Shown: piece after piece, positions 1 to 11,457 of the stretch | Layout: every line of letters begins with the position of its first letter | Numbering within the stretch: position 1 is the stretch's first letter | DNA from: Eutreptiella sp. 'Long Island Sound 2002' | Taxonomy: Eukaryota > Protista > Euglenida | Direction: 5' to 3' | NCBI GenBank assembly: GCA_964036045.1 | Contig: OZ038378.1 | Location: 166,346,001 to 166,410,000, forward strand | Length of the DNA stretch: 64,000 nt | The notes under the pieces: model-generated | Told to the model about the DNA's origin: nothing | Databases searched by the model: none | What the model saw: only the letters and a program-made list of their open reading frames with translations | Made by a program: the position numbers and the translations under genes

Positions 1-405
1 TTGGCCTATCCCTGTCACTCTAAGCGAGCCCTCTCCTTATGTCCTCTCTCTCTCCGTCGTTCATTCAATCCCGTGACATCCCGTGTACAGTGCCTAGTCG
101 TCTTCCTCATTTGCCCCATAGTATGGAGCGGGATCACAGGAACAAGGGGTTTTTATAGTCAACTGGTAGGGTCATCTCCACTGTTGTCAGGTCCACTCCA
201 AAGCTTACATCCCACAACGCCTTCAGCGTTCTTAGATGGAACCCAACACCGAGGCCTTGTGCATAGGACTATGCAGCTTCCCATCACAGGCCAACACAGT
301 ACGGTGAGCCCGGATGGTACGCCACAAAGTTCCAACCAGCTACGGGGGACATTGCCATGCGTTGCATTTTTTGCTGCCGAGAATGTAGAAAATGCATCCG
401 CATGC

Positions 406-430
406 ACTTTCTGAGAGTCTGTTTTTTTCG
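406..430 (+). other. Genomic copy (relic) of euglenid spliced-leader exon
   Basis: ACTTTCTGAGAGTCTGTTTTTTTCG vs the Euglena gracilis SL as I recall it, ACTTTCTGAGTGTCTATTTTTTTTCG (2 substitutions, one T shorter). It is followed by a 16-nt UTR and an ATG, not by the GT of an SL-RNA intron. Confidence 0.85.
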
Positions 431-446
431 CCGCTTTCTTTGCCAA

Positions 447-1493
447 ATGGCCTTTCTCAGCCAGTCGCTTCACCCGACCGCTCTTGACGAGTCGCTTCCG
501 TACCTCCTTTCGCCCCGGTCTTCTCTCAGCGACGGTGTCAGTTCTGAGGGGCACAGTTCAGACAGTAATGACGCTTCCACCGACGAACGTCCGGAGGATT
601 TTTGGAAGTCCTTAAAAAGCAAGGGCATCTGCGTGGCTTTCCTGTTTGGCACCTGCGGACGATTTCGCAATCGCTGCAGGTTTCACCACCCCACGCCTGA
701 AGAGGTTGCGCAAGACACCGAGATTTGTCGTGCAGTGGAAGCTGTGCACGATGGGCACCGCAACCGGCGCTCGGATAGCGGTACGTCAGCAGACGTCATG
801 AAATCACTTCCCAAGACTCCAGGCACTGTGCCAAGCAAAGAGCACCCGAAAGCCCCTGTGCAGCCAACCAGAAGCACAGAAGCCAAGTCCAATCAAAAGC
901 TTCAGAACAACGTGGTAATGCTGGAAGGTTTGGAGCTCGATCCGCTAGATCTGCTTTGCCAAGGTGCGTTCAACGGCACCAACGTCCATGTCTACGACGA
1001 GTTACCACGGCTGTACAACAAGGCGATTAGCGGTCTTCACACTTGTCGGATGTTTGTCTCGCATGCGCTGCGCCTGCGACAGGCACTTCCATCCGAGGAG
1101 CATGACAATTTTGATGGAATGTTTTACCGCCTCGTCAAGCAAGGCATCTTGAGGGCCGTGGAGGCGGATTTGAGCACCAACGTCTCCCAGTTGCTGCGGG
1201 GTCGCGGTGTCCGAAGTGTGCATGTTTTGGATGAGGCTCTTCAGCATGAGCTGCTTGCGCCACAGCACGTCGAGGAAATCATGTCACTCCTGTGTGACAA
1301 TCTGGAGAACTGCTGTGTTGCGCAGCAGGATCTACGGCTACTTTTGGTTGGCCATCTTCTTGGGGATGTGTCGCACCGCTTTCACAGGTGCTGCGGTCAT
1401 CTCTTGCGCGTTCTACCGCATTTGAACGTCGCTGAATTCCACACAGACACCCAAGCGGTGCTTGACAGGCTAATTCAGGTGAGCATGATCTGA
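447..1493 (+). CDS. Intronless CCCH zinc-finger protein (348 aa), probable retrogene
   Basis: Uninterrupted ORF whose first ATG after the SL is at 447 (the ORF-track start at 357 lies upstream of the SL). C-x7-C-x6-C-x3-H motif CVAFLFGTCGRFRNRCRFHH at ~630-690; helical C-terminal half not identified. Confidence 0.8.
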   Translation: MAFLSQSLHPTALDESLPYLLSPRSSLSDGVSSEGHSSDSNDASTDERPEDFWKSLKSKGICVAFLFGTCGRFRNRCRFHHPTPEEVAQDTEICRAVEAVHDGHRNRRSDSGTSADVMKSLPKTPGTVPSKEHPKAPVQPTRSTEAKSNQKLQNNVVMLEGLELDPLDLLCQGAFNGTNVHVYDELPRLYNKAISGLHTCRMFVSHALRLRQALPSEEHDNFDGMFYRLVKQGILRAVEADLSTNVSQLLRGRGVRSVHVLDEALQHELLAPQHVEEIMSLLCDNLENCCVAQQDLRLLLVGHLLGDVSHRFHRCCGHLLRVLPHLNVAEFHTDTQAVLDRLIQVSMI

Positions 1494-2386
1494 CCGCATC
1501 TTCAAACTCTCATACTACCGACAAAGCAGAAGACAATCCCTGTCGACGATCGTCTCGTGTACAGCCCGTATGCCGCCCTGTAGGCCGTTCAGGGAAGGCA
1601 TGCAATGCACTGGGTACTGTCACTGGCGCGCCGCCAGCAGGATGGTGGAAGCCAGAAGCTGAGACACCATGTAAACCTCAAGCCAAAGATACCAGTGCGC
1701 TTGTTCCCTGTGTGCTGAATGTGTAGTATCAAAGGCCGCGCCACCTTTGACGCCCAAGCTTGTTAGTGATCCGAGTGCTGGGCTTCACATTGTCAGCAGA
1801 CCTTTTCTGCTTTGTAGCAGCACGGAGCTTCTATGTCACATCTTCTGTTGCTGTCGCCCCCCGGGACCCCCCCCCCCTCTCCCTCTCACTTTCGAGGTGG
1901 GGGATGGTGTTCGGGTCGATTTCGTGTGGTACTCAGATGAACGTGTTTCGAATCATATTTCTGAGCGCGACCACAGAGCAATGTGCTGTGTGGCGTTTAT
2001 GGTACATTTGCTGCGCACTGTGGTTTGGGGAGTACGTTTTGTGTGCACCATCTATCGCCCCCGTTCGCATTGGGTTACACGCATAGCAGTCGCTGAAGCA
2101 TGTCATGTGTCCTGCCATTCAGCGAGTCCTCATGCCCAATTTCACGTGTTTTGAGCGTCCTGGGCAACGTGCGCAACAATTCAACTGAGTATGCCATCAC
2201 TCTTCCTGATTGTCTTCACAAATATCAGAACCTATCTGTTACCACCATTCCAGAGATGTAATTTCTGTGCCTAATAAGTCAACGATAAATGTCATGCGGA
2301 AGCTGTCGTATGTTCCAGGTCCATCTCCACATGTGCCGCCGAAACTTTCAGCGCAACCCCACAGCAAATGTGTCTTGTTGACGCAC

Positions 2387-2691
2387 AAGAGGACAGTTGA
2401 GTAGGATGCAGAGAGAGTGAGTAAGGACCAGCATACGCTTGATGGAAGAATGTATCTTAGGTTCCCTCCTCGTAGGGACCAGGGCAGACTTAGCCCACAG
2501 TGTCTCCTTGGGATGCGTGACCGATAAGGCATACCCTGATGGTTGCATGTACCACTACTGGGAATCCGAGGGACTGTTTTGTTAAACGCCCCGGACAGAC
2601 CAGCAAGTACTACCATTATGGACCGTGGCATTGCCATGTTTCCGCTCCCCACTGGGGCCCTCTAAGGACTGGCCGAGTACACAAAAAAAAA
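2387..2691 (+). mobile_element. Short retroposon (SINE or 5'-truncated LINE) with poly(A) and 24-bp TSD
   Basis: AGCAAATGTGTCTTGTTGACGCAC at 2363-2386 and 2692-2715; the insert ends in an A run (2683-2692). Confidence 0.85.
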
Positions 2692-2828
2692 AGCAAATGT
2701 GTCTTGTTGACGCACTAGCTGCCACTGTCAGCAGTGCCCGACAGTACTGACTGTCACATGTTTTTGTCAGATGGTTTGGTCACATGGTTTTGAAGGGCAT
2801 ATTGGGTGTTCTCCATTGTGCCACCACA

Positions 2829-3070
2829 CTGTCTTTTTCAGCCTACAGTCTGTTGTGCCTCATGTGCACACGGGGACGCCTATGGGCATTCGGGCATGGC
2901 AGTTTCCCACTGCATGATCTGACATTAGACTCAGCTCATCTTTACTGCTTGTCAGATCCGCTACTGCAGTCATTGGTGGGATCATTGTAGAACTGGACAG
3001 CTCTGAACTTTGATCCCATGAAGCGGCAAACTACATCAGCTCATCTCAGTCTGCCCCCCCCCCAAAAAAA
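2829..3070 (+). mobile_element. LINE-like 3' end fragment (same family as 6107-7471)
   Basis: Aligns by eye with 7230-7471 (CTGTCTTTTTCAGCCTACAG...GACTCAGCTCATC...GTCAGATCCGCTAC...CTGGACAGCTCTGAAC...CAGCTCATCT); ends in a C run plus A7. Confidence 0.7.
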
Positions 3071-6000
3071 GCATGTCTCCTGACTGCGTATACCTGTCCT
3101 TTGTTGATGCATTGTTCCAGTGGTCGCATGTAGTACTGTGTCTGTCGTATCTTCCATGTCCTTCTTCACCTGGTTTGGTACACCGCACTGCTTTTGCGCC
3201 ATGGTTGGGGACAGTGGGCAAGTAGTTTCTGTATCCGGCGCACAACCAGAGATATGCACGGTACTGGGACACCTGTGCACAGTGCACGCCAAGATATTAA
3301 GTTTTTGAGCGTTGGTCAAGGTGCCCTGCGTGGCCGAAACGTCCACTCAAACGCCAGAGCAGAAACCTATGGAAATATGTCCGCCTGTCTCCAACCAGAC
3401 ATATGTCTAAGCTGTGCCCCCCCCCCCCCCCTCCAGTTATGGTGAGGAAGGGTTGCCTGTCATGGTCTCCCAGTGAGCCGGTGTTTGTGCAGGGTGGGGG
3501 CGGAGTGCTTCAGGGCACATGAGGTGTTCCCCCTGCCACTCCTAGAACACTGTGCCCCTGGAACATCATGCCCTTGGACACTACCCCCCCCCCCCCCCGC
3601 TTGCATAGTAACCGCCCTTGCATAGTAATCGGGGTGGCGAGGGAACCGTCACTTTCCGTTTTGTCAATTTACGCAGAAGGTTGGATATTGAGCTTCTCTG
3701 GTGCGTTTGCTGGCTGGCCAAATGCACACAGTCGACCCCAGTCCCCAGTGCGTGCCCGCCCACAGACACAGGCACCATGACAGCTTCTCCCGCTCACCTG
3801 CGCTACAGTGGGGTCCATGGGGACTGTCCTAGTCTGAGCAATCCTACTCCTCCCGGGGCTGCACCCCATATTATGCCTCATCCCAATGTCAGCGGTGCTC
3901 CCCAGAAAGTTTTGTGTGCCCCTTGGGTGAGTTGTATTTCGGTTAGAGAAATGATCTCTTCTCCCAGCTCAAAGATGATCTCGTGATATGCTCGCAACGC
4001 TATGACATTGATGAGAGGCACCCCTGTGGGACCTGGATGTGGCTGTACGTCACCGTGCATTTCCTGCATAACATCGTGGTATTGCACAGGAGTAGAGGTT
4101 GGGATGGGTTTCTGGGCTGCAGCCTCATAGCAGCTGATTGTTGTCCTCCATATCCTCCTGCTCTTCCTCTACAAAGTTGGCTCTTCTGCTTGCGATTCCA
4201 CAATGAGTGGAAGGGCCTCTTGTTTCCTTACCATGTGCAATTTTCCCTTGGCCATGGTGCGCCTGCATTTCTGCCAGCGTTTGACACCTTCTCTGCCGGT
4301 ACCGTACGTCCGACCAGTCAGTTTGGTAAGTTTGCATGCTGTGAGAGTGCCACCATTTGCCATTTTACAGGTTCAGCTCCACCACAGCCGTGAACGGCAC
4401 ATATTCAACGGTGTTGCACAGCGTGATTTTCTCTCCACCTCGGTGTCATGTGCACTTCCAGACTGAGCTCTGGGACAGCTGCAGCACTGGACTGCTCTGA
4501 TTCCTGAATCCAAGAACTCTCTCGAGTACCGTCTGGTAAGAGGGCTTTGCCAGCTTGCTAATGTCTGAACCCAAAAAATAAAACCAGGAATTGCTGGTTT
4601 AGGCGTGACAGTTTTTTTCTTCATCCTATCAACTTTATTGAATTGGGATGCTTCGGCAGGGCAGTTCCCGCTGCACTACCATGCACCAGAGTACACTGCA
4701 GGTCCAGGACCCTTGCCACTGAACATCTTTCATATCTGAATCTGCCACTGAACATATCTCTTCATACCTCTTTTGTACCCCCCGCATCCAACGAATGCCG
4801 TGTCCCACGAACACTTCCGTTCGGACCATATTTTATGAGGACATACATAATTACGCACTTAATTATGTACCCAGCTTCAGAATCGAGGTTTCGGGCAAAA
4901 GTATTGGGGAACTGAGTGGTTCGCAGAGGGGTGACACGAAGGTGTTGGATGGGATGACCCCCCGGCCACTGGCGAACATAGCGTATGTCACCCCCCATCC
5001 ACACGTCGGTTTGGGGTGGGGCGCAGCTCCTGTTCCTCCCCTGGCCCTGTCTCTAGCCCGCAGCCCACCCTGAGGGAGGGCGTCTGCACGTTCGCTTGCC
5101 GGGGCACGGGCTGGCGTGCACTTCGCCCGCCAAGAGAACGGTGCGTTGGCCGGGCGGTGCTGTGCACGGCACTCGTGGGGACGCGGCAGGGGTTTGCATC
5201 GGGCAGGCCTGGCCTTCGGCCAAGGGATGTGTGGCAGGGGAGGCCGTCCCATGCCCATCAATGTGCGGGGTTTCACATGGCGCTGGCACTTGGCGTCAGG
5301 GGGACAGCGGCTGGGCATGGGCTGGGCGCCCTGGAGGCCCCCACCCACCCCCTTCCATCGCACCCCCCCGCCCCTCCGGAGGGGGGGTCCTCAAGCAAAA
5401 AGCCTGCTCCCCCGTGCCAACTCCGCAGCAATTGAGACCCAGGGGGGCAGGCAGGGGGTGCCGGCCTGGCTGAAAGGGGGGGGAGGGAGGGGGTCTGACG
5501 GGGGGAAGGGGGGGGGTGTAAAGGGGGGTTTGGCTGGGACCCCCCCTCCTCCCAGGGTCCCCCTATGGTCCCCGCCGAAGGTAAACCGAACATTTTGAAT
5601 CGTAAATCCCCTTGGCACCGAAGGCGCCGAAGCAAAATGTTGGCTGTCAGCCTCAAACATTGGAAGGGGAGGAGGCGGGGGGGGTCTAGGGGGGGCTACG
5701 GCGCACGGCCTGCCCACCACCCCCCTGCCCATCCCCATCGGCCGAGGCCCCGCACACACGCGCATACCACACACTCCTCCCACAAAACGGGACCCCGCCC
5801 GAGGGCACGACCTCCTCCGGGTGGGTGGGGGGGGGGCAAATCAATGCGGTCCGCTCTGCGCCGTGGACAGGGGCGTCGCGTGTGCAAGCACGCGGGAGCC
5901 CCCCCCCCCCCCACACACACACACTCTCTCTCTCTGTACATAGCCTTGATGTAGTGCAAAAAGGGAGGAAAGGCCGCACAGAGCGGGGTCTGAACATTGC

Positions 6001-6074
6001 TGCAGTGCGAACAATGCTGTAGAGAGGTGATGTATGTTAGCGAACGCTATGGAGTTTGTTGAAATGATTGGGCG

Positions 6075-6106
<32 letters not shown>

Positions 6107-6107
<1 letters not shown>

Positions 6108-7471
6108 GGCGCCCACCCTTCTGGTTACACGCCGGATAAAAAAGCTGCTGACCCAAACCCCTACCTCCCAGAATCGGTCCAAGGCCGTCCGTCACCTCAC
6201 CCAGCACCCTGGTACACCCTACACGGCTGATCTGAAAGCTTTTGCATCCTTGCACTACGTGCATTCCCAGGCGTGTTTCACACCGACCTGCCCCCCCCAA
6301 CCATGCATTAAAGTTTCCGGCTACTGCAATTGCGGATTACAAGCAGTTTGCCCACACCCTCATGCGGCACCGACGGTGGGACATGGAGTTAGGCAGCCGT
6401 TTCCTACAGTATGCCCAATACACAGAAGCCAACCTCCTGCAGCAATTTTACAATCGCATGTGGCGATGTTACAGCAGTTCACGCACCTCCATTGCCACCT
6501 CGCGTCGCCGTATCATTGCCTGGAGGCGCCAAGGGACTCTTCTCCTTGACCACTATGACACACTGATGCAAACGTGCCACACCAGGAAGGAAAAATTTTG
6601 GCTTCAATCCCGACGTACTTTGAGACATCGGTCAATGCAGACACTCACACACGTTGCCACTCAACTACTAAGGGAAAACTGGTCAGCTGCGGAGGACCTG
6701 TTCCGGGCTGCCGTTGCCACCGTACATCACCTCAAAAAGCGCTCCCGGCCCTATGACACTGCAAACCCCAACCTAAAACGGATCTACACGCCCCGCACTA
6801 CCCCTCAACCCTCCGAGTCCGAGCCGGTGTGGCCTAATCCCTGAAGACAGGGACCAACCCCTCTACAGACTTGACATCTGACACTGGATTCTTGCACTTG
6901 GCGGTGGTGTCGGCTGCGCGCCAGTTCCTATTTTTTCACCAACCCATGGCAGGTTGGCCCCCCTGTGGCGTCCTCCCCTTGTCTATTTTTTCCCCCACAG
7001 GTGTGGAATGCCACTCCCCAGCGCGCCGTAACCCTGCCTGTGTTCTACTTCCCATTTTCGCCCTCTTCTGTGTGTCACCAATCACACCACAGCAGTGCGC
7101 TCTGCCCCTGGCGAATAGTGACCCTTTGTGCCTGATTGACCAATCGTGCCTGAATGTCATCCCCCTCCCACTCTGATAGTGTATGACATGCAACCTGTTG
7201 ATTCACCTCGGCCTTCAATCTTCACTCCGCTGTCTTTTTCAGCCTACAGTCATTGTGCCTCACGCACACTGGGAAGCCTACGGGCGTGGCAGTCTCCCAC
7301 TGCATAACCTGGTTTCAGACTCAGCTCATCCTCACTACGTGTCAGATCCGCTACCACAGTCATTTGTGGGATCATCGTAGCACTGGACAGCTCTGAACCT
7401 TGATCCCGAGGGGTCACCTCGAGTACTGTGAAGTGAGCAGGCTACGCCAGCTCATCTTGGTCTGAGCCAAA
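6107..7471 (+). mobile_element. 5'-truncated LINE-like element inserted in a (CA)n microsatellite
   Basis: (CA)n on both sides (6076-6106, 7472-7501); ORF remnant 6242-6844; 3' end shared with 2829-3070. Confidence 0.6.
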
Positions 7472-7651
7472 ACACACACACACCCACACACACACACACA
7501 CGGGCCGCCCTCGGGGACGCGGTTCATGAGGGCACTGCAGCGGCCGTCACACCGACTTCCTCATGCCACGGCCGGAGTAACTGTGGGTAAATTTGTGAAG
7601 CAGGATGTGAGGGAATTGTGTCCCTCAACTACAGGACCTCTATTGCCCACC

Positions 7652-7860
7652 ATGACTGATTCTCTGCTTGCACCTGGCCAGGAGGTGCTATACAAGCGGT
7701 GTCCGTCCCAAAGGTCCCCAAGCCAGATCAGGCTGCCACTTCTGCCTGTGCCAAGAACAAGGAGGGCCCCAAGCCCAGGGAGCATGTTCAGCTTTTCCGC
7801 ATGGAGCAGGACCGCAACAAGGGCTTCTACTCTGAAAAGCGCTAATTGGAGGCCTCCATC
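7652..7860 (+). pseudogene. Degenerate fragment of the transposon-borne Tudor/SH3-like protein
   Basis: MTDSLLAPGQEVLYKR resembles [16 protein letters not shown] (57630); PKPREHVQLFRMEQDRNKGFYS resembles PKGKHVQLFKMKCKVGKGFYS (~11160-11220). Confidence 0.55.
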
Positions 7861-8120
7861 GCTTTGTACTTTGAATGGGCTGGGTGTCTTGTCCCTAGGG
7901 ATGGGTTACCGCCGTTTCACACACCACGCCCTATGCACATTGCTGATTGTGGATTTGCGATGTGCACTCTGCATACACCCACCCTGCCTGACCCAGCCAC
8001 CATCTCTGCATCCAATGCCATGCAAAGTGCTCTTGCGGTATGTTGTGCAGCCATGGCACAGCGACAATTGTGCACAACTGGAACAACATTGGACTGTGGT
8101 ATAAACAGCAAACAGCATGA

Positions 8121-8990
8121 GGGGCGCCCTTAGCGCAGTGCGGGCGCAGTGCAACTATTTGGGCGTCTAGCCGTACTAGAGACCCATACCCATTGTGATA
8201 CTAGGGGCATCATTGTTGCCCCTAGCATAGGTTTTGATGCTTCTTCCACATGGGGCATATGGCACTTTTGGATTTTCACCCACCTTCGCCCATTTCCACC
8301 CCTTTTCACATTTTGTTTTGCTCATCTTCACCATAGACTCCCACATTTTGGTGTGGGCCCTTGAGTTGGGGTGATGGACTCCCACGCTTTGGCGTGGCCC
8401 CTCGAGTTGATATGACGGACTGCCTGATTTTTGCCTGACCATAGTCGAATGCCCTATGCAAGGCCGCATTCCTGTTGATGAGGAAGCGTGGTTGTGCCAC
8501 AAGTTGAAAACAGAGGTTGATGTGGATTCCCTCCCGCAAGAAACTTTGCCCCCCGGTCCAGTTGAGGGTGGGGTGGACACATACGCGGCTTTGGGACTAG
8601 CTGGTAGGGTGAGTGACCTTTCAATTGAACAAAAAAGAGGATATGTGTGTGGCTTTCCGCATTTTGCATGATGTCTTATATAAAGGGAAGGTAGCTGCAT
8701 TTGTCTTGAGCTAGGGTACTTTGGGTGACCTAAATTTAGGGGCATTTGGGTAGCTAGGGTGGCGTAATTTTGAGGGTGTTTGGAAGGGCCCGGTCCCCTT
8801 ATGCTATATGCACAACAGACTCGAAAACACCCGCGATGCATACTGGTTTGCAGAGGAAGGAGGTCACGTGCCGTGAGGCAATGCGCCTGCGGGCCCACCA
8901 ATACCCCAGCTACGCACTAGAATGAGGCCAACACACACGCGATCGAGGGGAATCTAGTCTACACGTAGCGCGCAGTGCAAGGGTTCCCCC
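8121..8990. mobile_element. PIF/Harbinger-like non-autonomous DNA transposon
   Basis: Imperfect TIR GGGGCGCCCTT...AAGGGTTCCCCC; 3-bp TSD TGA (8118-8120, 8991-8993); both ends homologous to 23284-23972. Confidence 0.7.
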
Positions 8991-9783
8991 TGAGCTGCCA
9001 GTTGGAGGCACCAAGGTGTAGCGCGTGTAAAGAGCTGATTGGAGTCAGCCGTGTCAATTGATTTGTGGCAGTCCATTTGCAAATGCCAGATTGATGTCTA
9101 AAATCTGCTGTTTTTGCCCTGTGGACGTCTCCTTCCCCGGTGATGGGTGGTTTTCAGGGTGGTCATGGGAAAGCTAACTTACTATTGGGCTCTGTGCGCG
9201 CACTGTGCAGAGACGCCCCAACACTGCCTTGGCACACCTGCTGGTTTGAAGTTGGAATGGCTCACAATTGCGGTCGTGGACCTGGCACTTTCACATTGGC
9301 CCATCTGATCACAAAACAAAGGGGTGGCTCACAATTGTACCTTCGTTTTGGAATAATGAAAACCGACCCCCCCCCATTTTCAATAGGGCAAAGCTCATGG
9401 CTGTTATTGTAGTGGTCAGGCAATTTGGATCTTGCAATAGGAAAATTGCAGTGGCAATGGATTTGGAGTATGGCAACAAAATGGGTGGCTGTCCTCTGCT
9501 GGGCCCGTCTCTAATGTGGATCTCTGGATCTAGTTGCTTTCTCTTGTTGGGTCGTCTTGCACTGTTTTTCACTAGGTGGAGATGTCGAGCCATGCAGGTT
9601 TACGTGGCAATGATACGGCAGATACTGATTAGCAAATAGAGGGCAGATAGAGGACATAAGCGACCCGACCGGGACCGATGCCACTGGTGTCGAACTCTGG
9701 CTGTGTCTCCGGTGGCGCCACCTGGGCCGGAGCAACCCTCGTCGCCAACACCACAAGAGCAGGTCACCGGAGGAGCACGGCCA

Positions 9784-9846
9784 AAACACTAGTTGAACCT
9801 CGTTTCAATTTTTGTTTGCATTTCTTCTCTCTTTTTCTGTCTTTAT
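9784..9846 (+). repeat. Shared ~60-bp hairpin leader (copy 1)
   Basis: AAACACTAGTTGAACCTCGTTTCAATTTTTGTTTGCATTTC, near-identical to 11948-11988. Confidence 0.75.
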
Positions 9847-10653
9847 TTTGGGAGGAGGGGGTCCCCCCCCCCCCCCTCACCCCCATCCGCACGGCAAGCA
9901 TGGCAATACAGCACTCAGTGGCTGGGGTGTCGATTATTGCGGCTGTGAGACTAAGGCAAGCAGCGGTCGACTTTGCCAGCGTTGGGACCGCCAGGGTTCA
10001 CACCAACCTTGGCAACACCGATGTGGGTGTGGACATCGACGTTTTCGCCATGCCTGTTGGGGCGCGCGCTGACTTTGATGGGCGGCCGTGAGTACTGTCG
10101 ACCCAGGATCCCCTTCGCGAGGCCTATGGGGAATGCCGAGGATGACATGGCATCACTGAGCGGTGCCAATTTCGGCTTTGCCGGTTTCGCCCACATGCTC
10201 CAGGATGAGGAACTGGCCGCCCTGAGAATGACGATTCCCAGAGTTTTGACACTACCACTGTGGAGTTAACGACTGACACTGCCACTGTGGAGTTGGCGAC
10301 GGAAGTCGAGGCCCCGGGGCGGCTATCTGCGGTCACAGCCTGCTCGGGCACAACCAGAGCATGCATTGTTTGGGGAACACCGTCAAAGCCTGGACACGCT
10401 GTGAGTGATGACTTTTTTGGATGACGGCGATAATCTCAGGTGTCTCAGGAAATCAAGCTGGTTCTTGATGGTGGCCATTGAAGAGTTGGTGTCTTTCGGG
10501 GAGCCTATGATTCTTTGGGATTGGATGATGACCATGGCATATTCGCCGATTTGTGATATCGAAAATCGAGGACGGCCGGCTCGCAGTGTTTTGGACATTG
10601 GGTGCTGTGTGTAGGCCGTCGTGATTGCTGGGGACCCTGTCGTAAGCCGGGAG

Positions 10654-11457
10654 TCCTCCCCCCCCCCCCCCCTTGCGCAAGCACGGCCTTGTCTAAGCAC
10701 GAAGACCCCGTGTGACCGTTGTTTTGATGGGTTTTTCTGACCACGGTTTTTATGGTCAGAAATTCATTGTTTCGTGATTGTGCGCTGATTGTCTAGGGAA
10801 AGAAGGGCTGGGTCATGTTTGTGATGGTTCCTCTTGCTCACAACAACATTCTGATTGGTACTGCAACCCAATGGTAATTGCTTTGCTGTTGTTTTTAGCC
10901 ATGAAAATGTTGCTATCGCTGGCTTGGGTGTCACATACATCCGATCCACTAGTGAGCATGCACCTGCCACCATCGTTGGTCCTTCTACGCGTGGAGATGA
11001 CTTCATGCATTTGAAGTACATGAGGAATGGGCATGAGCTTGAGCATCATGCCCCTTTTGATTGTGTTTGCTTCCCAATCCGCAGCCCATCCCCATCACCA
11101 TCAGAGGCAGCCCAAACCTATTCCCAAACCTGCAGCCAAGCCTGCTCCAAAGCCTATCCCGAAGGGGAAACATGTGCAACTATTTAAGATGAAGTGCAAG
11201 GTTGGAAAGGGTTTCTATTCCGTACTCGTTGATGGGCAGTAAGGACATGAGGACCATGCTGAATTTTGCCTACACGTTGTGTTCTAGTGCCATGTTTGTG
11301 AGTGATGTGCTTGGTGTGGGGTACGGGCAGGTTTTCTGTGTGCAGTGTCTCTTTGTGTTGCGCGTCGCGCGCAAGCACGGGCTTGTCTAAGCGCGGGGAC
11401 CCCGTGTGACCGTTGTTTTTCTGACCTTGGCCGTGCTTGCGCAAGGGGGGGGGAGGG
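10654..11457. mobile_element. Poly-C/poly-G TIR MITE (Tc1/mariner-pogo-like) carrying a protein fragment
   Basis: TIR C(n)TTGCGCAAGCACGGCC / GGCCGTGCTTGCGCAAG(n); TA at the right flank; direct subterminal repeat GCAAGCACGG.CTTGTCTAAGC...ACCCCGTGTGACCGTTGTTTT near both ends. Confidence 0.75.

Noticed and set aside
357-446. Cys-rich N-terminal extension of the CCCH ORF
   Set aside because: Reads through the TSD and SL relic; the true start is most likely ATG 447
406-520. Functional SL-RNA gene
   Set aside because: The SL is not followed by a GT intron part and there is no tandem or 5S context; it runs into a UTR and CDS
10405-10614. Possible F-box-like peptide
   Set aside because: Only a vague resemblance in a short ORF without splice support
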